Source of the DNA: Candidatus Woesearchaeota archaeon
GTDB taxonomy: Archaea > Nanobdellota > Nanobdellia > Woesearchaeales > WJIZ01
Assembly: GCA_018221205.1 (NCBI GenBank)
Contig: JAAOYF010000028.1
Location: forward strand, 1-53,216
DNA length: 53,216 bases
Direction of reading: 5' to 3'
The notes beneath the pieces were generated by a model, which was not told the origin of the DNA, searched no databases, and was given only the letters and a program-made list of their open reading frames with translations. This document shows positions 46,684-53,216 of this stretch, piece by piece; within the stretch, counting starts at the first letter, position 1; the number at the start of each line of letters is the position of its first letter. A program made the translations under genes and the position numbers.

Positions 46684-48762
46684 GTGATTTCATTCACAGG
46701 AAAAAAACGAATTGTGGTAACGTCAGCGTTGCCGTATGCGAACGGGTCCATACACATCGGACACCTTGTTGAATACATTCAGACAGATATATTTGTACGC
46801 TTTCTCAAGCTGATCGGTGAAGATGCTATCTATTGCTGCGCAGATGACACTCATGGCACCCCAATCTCTATCAAAGCTGAGGAATTGGGCATCAGTCCCG
46901 AGGAATTGATCGAGAAAGTCTCTAAAGAGCATCAAGAGGATTTCAAATCATTCTTGATCGAATTCGATTCTTATTATTCTACCAACAGCCCTGAAAATAA
47001 AGAATATGCAGATAAGATATTTGCTGCACTGAAGAAAAAAGACCTGATCTATACCAAAGAGGTAGAGAATTTCTTTGACGAAAAACAAGGAAGATTCCTT
47101 CCTGATAGGTATGTCAAAGGAGAGTGCCCTAAATGCAGGGCTAAAGATCAATATGGGGATGTGTGCGAGAAGTGCAATGCGACGTATAAGCCAATAGATC
47201 TAGTGAAGCCTTATTCGACAGTCTCTGGGGAGAAACCTATACGGAAGAGTTCTCTTCATTATTTCTTCAAATTGAGCGAGCTGGCTCCGAAACTTGATAA
47301 ATGGCTGTCTTCGAATGAAAAATTGCAGCCTGAGGTCGTCAATTATGTCAGGAACTGGATAAAAGAAGGGCTGCAGGATTGGGATATCTCTCGAGATGGC
47401 CCTTACTTTGGCTTTAAGATCCCTGGCGAAGAGAATAAATATTATTATGTCTGGCTGGATGCACCCATCGGGTATATCTCTTCGACTCAGAACTATTGCA
47501 AGCAGCATGGTCTTGATGCTGAGAAGGATTACTGGAAGAGCAAGGATTCACAGATTGTCCATTTCATCGGCAAAGACATCATCTATTTCCATTATCTATT
47601 CTGGCCGGCTATGCTTTCTGAGTCTGGCTTCAATCTGCCTGATTATTTAGTTACTCATGGTTTTTTGACAGTCAATGGAGAGAAGATGTCTAAAAGCCGC
47701 GGGACATTCTTCACTGCCAAGGATTTTTTGAAGAGATATCATCCAGAGTATCTTCGTTATTATTATGCACGTGCTCTCAGCAGGAAGATGGCTGATATTG
47801 ATCTGGATTTTGCAGATTTCAGGAGTACGGTGAACAATGAACTAGTCGCAAATATAGGAAACTTTTGCTATAGGGCATTATCGTTCTTAGAGAAGAATTA
47901 TGATTCTTCTTTTGACAGCATTGAGGAGGAATCAGAACTGTTCGGAGAGATCATCAAGCTGACAGAGGAGATAAAAACAGATTATCATGATGCCAATTTC
48001 AAGAATGTCATCCAGAAGATCTCTGCTATAGGGAGCCTGGGCAATAAATACTTCCAGGATAATGAGCCCTGGAAACTCATCAAAGAGGATAAGGAGAAAG
48101 TGCAGCGTATCTTAGGGAGCTGTGTCAACATCGTGAAGATTTTAGGAATATTGATCAGTCCTGTACTGCCTGGATTCTTTGAAAAGCTGAAGAAACAGCT
48201 TGACCTTCCATCTTTAGGTTGGAAGGATGTGAATTTTGAGCTTACTTCACATAAACTAAGCAAGGTTTCTATCCTGTTCGATAAGATCGATGAGGAAGAG
48301 GAGAAGATCTTTCCATTGAATCTGAAGGTTGCGGAAGTCTTTGAAGTGAAGGATCATCCGAATGCTGATAAGCTTATGATACTGCAAGTGAATATCGGGA
48401 ATGAGAAACGGCAGGTAGTTGCGGGAAAGTTCAAAGAGTATTCATTGGATGATTTCAAAGGCAAGAAGATTGTCCTTGTCACTAATCTGAAATATGCAAA
48501 ATTGCGGGGAGAGGAAAGCCAAGGCATGTTGCTTGCTGGCGATGACGGCAAAACTGAAGGATTAGTAAGTACTGATGCTGTTGTTGGGAGCCCTATTGGT
48601 GTTGAAGGATATACTACTGGAACAGCCCAAGTGAGTTTTGACAGCTTCAAGAAGCTTGATCTGAAAGTCAAAAACGGGAAGCCGTATTATAATAATACAC
48701 TGCTCAAAGCAGGAGATAAAGAACTGGTTGTTGAGAAGGTCAAAGACGGCATCATCCGCTAG
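46684..48762 (+). CDS. metG: methionyl-tRNA synthetase with C-terminal tRNA-binding domain
   Basis: ALPYANG.IHIGH, Zn knuckle, KMSKS, HPNADKL..SQGMLL. Confidence 0.98.
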   Translation: MISFTGKKRIVVTSALPYANGSIHIGHLVEYIQTDIFVRFLKLIGEDAIYCCADDTHGTPISIKAEELGISPEELIEKVSKEHQEDFKSFLIEFDSYYSTNSPENKEYADKIFAALKKKDLIYTKEVENFFDEKQGRFLPDRYVKGECPKCRAKDQYGDVCEKCNATYKPIDLVKPYSTVSGEKPIRKSSLHYFFKLSELAPKLDKWLSSNEKLQPEVVNYVRNWIKEGLQDWDISRDGPYFGFKIPGEENKYYYVWLDAPIGYISSTQNYCKQHGLDAEKDYWKSKDSQIVHFIGKDIIYFHYLFWPAMLSESGFNLPDYLVTHGFLTVNGEKMSKSRGTFFTAKDFLKRYHPEYLRYYYARALSRKMADIDLDFADFRSTVNNELVANIGNFCYRALSFLEKNYDSSFDSIEEESELFGEIIKLTEEIKTDYHDANFKNVIQKISAIGSLGNKYFQDNEPWKLIKEDKEKVQRILGSCVNIVKILGILISPVLPGFFEKLKKQLDLPSLGWKDVNFELTSHKLSKVSILFDKIDEEEEKIFPLNLKVAEVFEVKDHPNADKLMILQVNIGNEKRQVVAGKFKEYSLDDFKGKKIVLVTNLKYAKLRGEESQGMLLAGDDGKTEGLVSTDAVVGSPIGVEGYTTGTAQVSFDSFKKLDLKVKNGKPYYNNTLLKAGDKELVVEKVKDGIIR

Positions 48763-49918
48763 TCTGCGCTAAAGTAGTGCAGGATTTCTTGAGATAGGTG
48801 TTTATTATCTTGTCGCAGACAGTATAATCTCCATCGATTGCAAAATTGATATAGCAGTTATCCCTTCTTGATTCTTTCTGGATGTTTTCACAGATGGCCT
48901 GGTTGTTCAAAGACTGAGCTACTTGAGTGAAGCACCTGTCTCTGTTGTATTGCTCTGTTATCTTGTCGCAGACAGCAGGATCACTCGATTCTTCTCCGAT
49001 GTTCTCCAAACACTTATCCCTGAAGCTTTCAGGCAGCTTACTGCACTCTACCTTTGCCTGATTCTTGTCTGTTTTCGCCAGCTGTTTTATTCTCTCTAAT
49101 TCATCCCACGGATTGGCTGTTGTCTGTTCCTGGCAGTCTTGGGAGCATGATTCTGTAGATTCATCTTTTGAGCAGATCGAATCTCCGCAGACACTTATAG
49201 GATCGTGCTTGCATTCAAAATCTGTCTCTGCATTGCAATAATCCTGGGTATTGGCATTATCATCCTCACAACTTGCTGGACAGTCTTTGCATGCTTTGCA
49301 TGAGCCGCCGCAATCAATGTCTTCTTCATCCTGATTCTTGATGCCATCTGAACAGGTAGGTTGTTTATCTGATGTCACACTGAACTTTTTTGATGCCTGG
49401 GGAGACTGGCCGCTATATCGGGCAGTTATGGTAAGAGTATAGCTTCCTTCCTGGAGTGAGTTGGGCAGTTTTATTGAGAGCGAAACAGTATCTGAGTTCC
49501 CTACTGCTGCTGTCTGGCTTCTGAAAGCCACCCTTTTATCGTTCCGGTCGAAAACTTCTGCCTTGAGAAAGATATCTTCATCCTGTTTTGAATCCTTGGA
49601 TAGATCTATAGATGCTTGTACAGATGCGCCTGCCTTCACTGTCGAATCAAGATCCATGATCCTCATCTCCAGGCTGTCAGAGGAGGCGTCAGGCCAGAAC
49701 CAGAACAAGGCAAAGGCGCTTATCGCGACTACTATAATAATAAGGATGATGGTGCTGGCCAAGGACAATGGTAAGGTTGATCTGTGGCCCTGTACATTAT
49801 ATAATGCTTGATCGATGGTCTTTTCAGGGTAGCCATATTTTCTTAAGTACTGTTTTATGTAGCGTGTATCGTACCCTTGTTTAATCAGCTTTCTAATATA
49901 AGAAGTTAAATCTGCCAT
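48752..49918 (-). CDS. membrane-anchored Ig-like and Cys-rich surface protein
   Basis: Short cytoplasmic domain, TM, beta-sandwich, CSDGIKNQDEEDIDCGGSC, CGDSIC, repeated C..I....RD.C. Confidence 0.85.
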   Translation of the reverse strand: MADLTSYIRKLIKQGYDTRYIKQYLRKYGYPEKTIDQALYNVQGHRSTLPLSLASTIILIIIVVAISAFALFWFWPDASSDSLEMRIMDLDSTVKAGASVQASIDLSKDSKQDEDIFLKAEVFDRNDKRVAFRSQTAAVGNSDTVSLSIKLPNSLQEGSYTLTITARYSGQSPQASKKFSVTSDKQPTCSDGIKNQDEEDIDCGGSCKACKDCPASCEDDNANTQDYCNAETDFECKHDPISVCGDSICSKDESTESCSQDCQEQTTANPWDELERIKQLAKTDKNQAKVECSKLPESFRDKCLENIGEESSDPAVCDKITEQYNRDRCFTQVAQSLNNQAICENIQKESRRDNCYINFAIDGDYTVCDKIINTYLKKSCTTLAQTSG

Positions 49919-50005
49919 TTTCCTCTTTTTTTGTTTAAATCTGAAAGAGAGGTATTTAAAATTTTGCTAAAGAAAGGCAAAGAGGAGTATTAGCTATAGG
50001 TTAGA

Positions 50006-50134
50006 ATGGCGGCTGTCGCATTGCTGCGCAATGCTCGTCGACCATGTCAGAAATCGAAGATTTATGAGCACACCAGAAATGCCTTGCATTTCTAAGTGCC
50101 CCGAAGGGGGCAACCCCCGGTCGACCAGCACCAT
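50006..50134. repeat. multi-hairpin intergenic element, copy 2
   Basis: GCATTGC/GCAATGC, outer GTCGACC/GGTCGAC, AAATC/GATTT, GAGCACAC, AGAAATGC/GCATTTCT, GGGGGCAACCCCC; shares 3' motif with 18627-18651. Confidence 0.75.
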
Positions 50135-50209
50135 GGCTTGAATTGATTTTCTTCTCAAAAGAGAGGTTAGGAAGAAAGCTTTATATATAATCTTTCTTAG
50201 GGAGTAGTT

Positions 50210-52438
50210 ATGACTCGCAAAGGTCAAGCGACCATTTTCATAATTCTTGGAATAGTCATCTTAATCGGCGCTGGTCTGTTGGTCTATCTTCGTTCTGATG
50301 ATGTCGACAGATCGATCGAGACAGAATTTCCGACTGAAGTTACTCATGCCGGACAACAAGAATTGCGTTCTTATATGGACACTTGTCTGAGGGATGCTGC
50401 TTACAATGGTCTTGAGATTGTCCGATTGCAGGCAGGACATATTGATTTTCCTCCAGGAACGTCTACTGTTCGTCTTGCCAATGATGCTGATGAGAAGATT
50501 GTTTTTGAGGACGGTATCAAGAAAGTGATTCTTCAACCAGATGCACAAAATGAGATGGCATATTGGTTTGATTCTAACAATAAATTAGCTATTCCTTCTC
50601 AAGCGTATGTTGAGAATAGTTTAGCTGAGTATATTGAGGACAGCATTGCCTTATGTGTTGATAATTTTGATTCATTCAGACAGCAGAATTATGATATCAC
50701 CTTGGGCAATGTAGATGTGACTGTTGAATTAAGCGATGAAGTCCTTGTTAAGGTTGATTACCCTATTACGTTTGAACGAGGAGATGTTAGTTTTGATGAG
50801 AAAGAATTCATCCTTCGAATAGATGTCCCTTTACGAGATGCGTTGGAAATTGCGACTGACCTTACTTTGGCTGAGTACTATGGCAAATATCTTGAACGAG
50901 ATGTTAAATATCTTATTTCATTATATCAGTATTCTGGTGGAGAAAAAAGCAGCTATGATCTCCCACCCTTAAGTCACACTGTGGCAAATGCAGACTGCAG
51001 CATCGTCACGTGGCAGACTGATGAAGCGAATACCTTGTTACAGACCAATCTTGCGAGCAATATTAGGTATCTTACTGTTAATGGTTTTGGAGATAATGCT
51101 CCTTTTGCAGAGAGTGATATAGCACAGGGAGTGTATGAAGGATTGACTCACGATCTTGTTTCCAAGCCCTATGCAGGAGTATTGATAGATTTTCTTTTTG
51201 AACAAAATAATGATTTTTCCATGGACATTTCTCCAAAACTAGGCACGGAAATCAAGCCCGATATTCATCGTGCCACTAATTTACGGTTCTTGCCTATGTT
51301 CTGCAATGTCCGTTATCGATTCAAATATGATCTTAAATTTCCACTCTTTCCCAAACAGACGTTTACCTTATCAAATGCTATCAATATTGAAGGAAAAACT
51401 CTAGAGCGAGAAAGAGTATATGAGTTTATTTCTCCCCTAGGAGTTTTTGTGTGCGGTAATCAAGAACGTGACTGTACAGGAAGTCCTGATGAGAGCTTCA
51501 CTCTCGATGAAGATGCACTTGGCTTTGCCTTACCGCAAGAAACACTCTTTTGCGAAGACGATAATCAAAGAAGCCAACCAATGAAAATAACTGTTGTTGA
51601 TAAGGTGAGTCAGGAACTTCTCGATAATATTCCTCTTTCTTATCGCTGCGGCAGGACAGAAGATGATTGTCTTTTAGGGAGCACTCAAAATGGAGTTTAT
51701 GAAGGAAAGCTGCCATTATGCGTGAATGGACAATTATATGCATTGAAACAAGGCTATGCTGAAAGTTATTCTTTACTCACTACAGAGAAAGGGGAGACTG
51801 TTAAAGATGTTCGTTATGAAATATTTCCTTTACAACCGTATGAAGTAGATATCAAAATTGTTGATCTGCCTATATATATGTTTAATTATATGCGTACAAA
51901 CGGATATACAGAAGCTTATTGTGAAGAGGAATTTAGAGTGGAGGATTCCTTTGATCCACAAGGAGATGAATTGTTCACCTTGGTTTCCGCTAAGGAAGGG
52001 GCTTCTGAGATTGCTTTTGCCTATCCACCTGACCCAGAACAAGAGCCTTTCACGATTGACCTTGCGCCTGGTGCTTATTCCTTTATCTACTATGTCCAAG
52101 GTAGCAAGATCATAGCAGATGGCTCTCTTGAAGGACAGACATTTAGTCTGAATAATGGAGGATTGTCAGATTATATTTATCCTGCGTATCCTGGAGTAGG
52201 GACAAGCTTCGGAGATGAAATTCTTGATCATTCAAAAATTACTTTCTATGTTCCTTTGGAAAGCACTTCTCGCAATGAGAATTTACTCAATGTCCATAGA
52301 CTTATCCAAGATGATGAGTCTGTTAAATACACGAGGCAGTATGATCATGATTGTGATCCTCTGACTCCTATCATTAGTCGTACGCTTACGCTAACTAAAG
52401 AACAAATGCATACCTTGTTTAAACCGACACTAGAATGA
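50210..52438 (+). CDS. large acidic secreted protein with class III (pilin-like) signal peptide
   Basis: MTRKGQ-ATIFIILGIVILI, Y..SCL motif, several Cys pairs. Confidence 0.85.
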   Translation: MTRKGQATIFIILGIVILIGAGLLVYLRSDDVDRSIETEFPTEVTHAGQQELRSYMDTCLRDAAYNGLEIVRLQAGHIDFPPGTSTVRLANDADEKIVFEDGIKKVILQPDAQNEMAYWFDSNNKLAIPSQAYVENSLAEYIEDSIALCVDNFDSFRQQNYDITLGNVDVTVELSDEVLVKVDYPITFERGDVSFDEKEFILRIDVPLRDALEIATDLTLAEYYGKYLERDVKYLISLYQYSGGEKSSYDLPPLSHTVANADCSIVTWQTDEANTLLQTNLASNIRYLTVNGFGDNAPFAESDIAQGVYEGLTHDLVSKPYAGVLIDFLFEQNNDFSMDISPKLGTEIKPDIHRATNLRFLPMFCNVRYRFKYDLKFPLFPKQTFTLSNAINIEGKTLERERVYEFISPLGVFVCGNQERDCTGSPDESFTLDEDALGFALPQETLFCEDDNQRSQPMKITVVDKVSQELLDNIPLSYRCGRTEDDCLLGSTQNGVYEGKLPLCVNGQLYALKQGYAESYSLLTTEKGETVKDVRYEIFPLQPYEVDIKIVDLPIYMFNYMRTNGYTEAYCEEEFRVEDSFDPQGDELFTLVSAKEGASEIAFAYPPDPEQEPFTIDLAPGAYSFIYYVQGSKIIADGSLEGQTFSLNNGGLSDYIYPAYPGVGTSFGDEILDHSKITFYVPLESTSRNENLLNVHRLIQDDESVKYTRQYDHDCDPLTPIISRTLTLTKEQMHTLFKPTLE

Positions 52439-53216
52439 AAACACTCCACTATAAAGCATTATTTATGATTTGCTTAGTGTTGACTCTTCCGTTCTATATT
52501 TCTTCTGCGTATGCTGTAACTGATCCCGTTGCAACTAATGAGGCACCACCCCTGCCAGGAGAGCAATGTGAGGATGTTGTCCAGAAAGGAGAGACGTTCC
52601 TTGATATTATGGATAGTGGCATTATCAATACTCTTGAAATTATCGCTTCAATCATGTTTGCCATTGCTCAAGTAGTGAATACTATTGATATGGTGTTGAG
52701 TGTCATTGGCAATATAACCGGCCATTCTGGGGCTAACTGGTGCTGTCGATTGCCACCACCTGCTGGAGAGGGAGTTTGTATTGGAAAAGCAGCAATATAT
52801 ACTAAATGGAAGAACTTAAAGGCGGATGTTCCTTTACTTGATGCTATTGTTGCTATTGGTAGTTGTGCCTGCTGCTCTGGAGGAGAAGGAAGGGGCGCAG
52901 CACTAAAAGCAACGGGAGCTGCAAGTGGAATATGTGGAGCAGGATTCCTCTTTGATGAATTAGGGGGTGCTTTAGGGGGAACTGATGATGGAGGCGTCAA
53001 TCAGTTTAAGCTGAGTGCTTTTGATAATATCTATACTGCTGTTGGCTGTTTGTGTCCTACTGCAATTTTATTTAATCTCCGTAAATTAAAGACTATTTAT
53101 CAAGTGAGGAATTGTTGTTATCAAGAAGCCTGCAAAGAAGGCTTTTCAACAGAAGTATGTGATCAGCAATACGATGAAGCTAATTGCATGTACTGGGAAG
53201 GAGCCCTCTATAAGAC
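52435..53216 (+). CDS. secreted Cys-rich protein, runs off the window end (not in ORF track)
   Basis: ATGA overlap; MKTLHYKALFMICLVLTLPFYISSAYA signal peptide; CC, CACC, GCLCPTAILFNLRKLK, CC..AC..C..C; no stop before the window end. Confidence 0.85.
   Translation, partial: MKTLHYKALFMICLVLTLPFYISSAYAVTDPVATNEAPPLPGEQCEDVVQKGETFLDIMDSGIINTLEIIASIMFAIAQVVNTIDMVLSVIGNITGHSGANWCCRLPPPAGEGVCIGKAAIYTKWKNLKADVPLLDAIVAIGSCACCSGGEGRGAALKATGAASGICGAGFLFDELGGALGGTDDGGVNQFKLSAFDNIYTAVGCLCPTAILFNLRKLKTIYQVRNCCYQEACKEGFSTEVCDQQYDEANCMYWEGALYK

Noticed and set aside
50100-50133. tRNA-like 3' end (..CAGCACCA), also at 18651
   Set aside because: No TTC T-loop, D arm or anticodon arm; treated as a repeat element instead.
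49994-50227. 77-aa minus-strand ORF
   Set aside because: Runs through the palindromic element and a promoter; probably spurious.

Overview
Chromosomal segment of a DPANN archaeon, most likely Woesearchaeota-like. This is inferred from the archaeal 23S 3' end, Spt5/SecE/L11/FtsZ, Rpp21, Elp3, DTD2, TATA-driven mostly leaderless genes and Cys-rich surface proteins with a KGQ leader. The core content is housekeeping: dut, tmk, a BioY ECF transporter, pgk, gap, trx, cmk and metG. Highlights: (1) Two complete, divergent A/V-type ATPase operons (H-I-K-E-C-F-A-B-D) lie in tandem. One has a 2-TM Methanosarcina-like c subunit, the other a 4-TM c subunit with a Na+ motif. Each ends in an unannotated single-TM microprotein, and the two atpA genes share near-identical DNA tracts. 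(2) An intact-looking 3.3 kb IS6-like cargo transposon (39781-43080) has 24-bp TIRs and an 8-bp TSD. It carries an unannotated AbrB-type gene, GGTACC palindrome pairs that bracket three TATA boxes including the transposase promoter, a Zn-ribbon-Doc toxin with a downstream antitoxin-like peptide, and a membrane protein. (3) Two copies of a multi-hairpin intergenic element have conserved linkers but different stems. (4) Several microprotein operons missed by the ORF track carry their own candidate operators or hairpins. All calls come from manual reading; no database searches were run.
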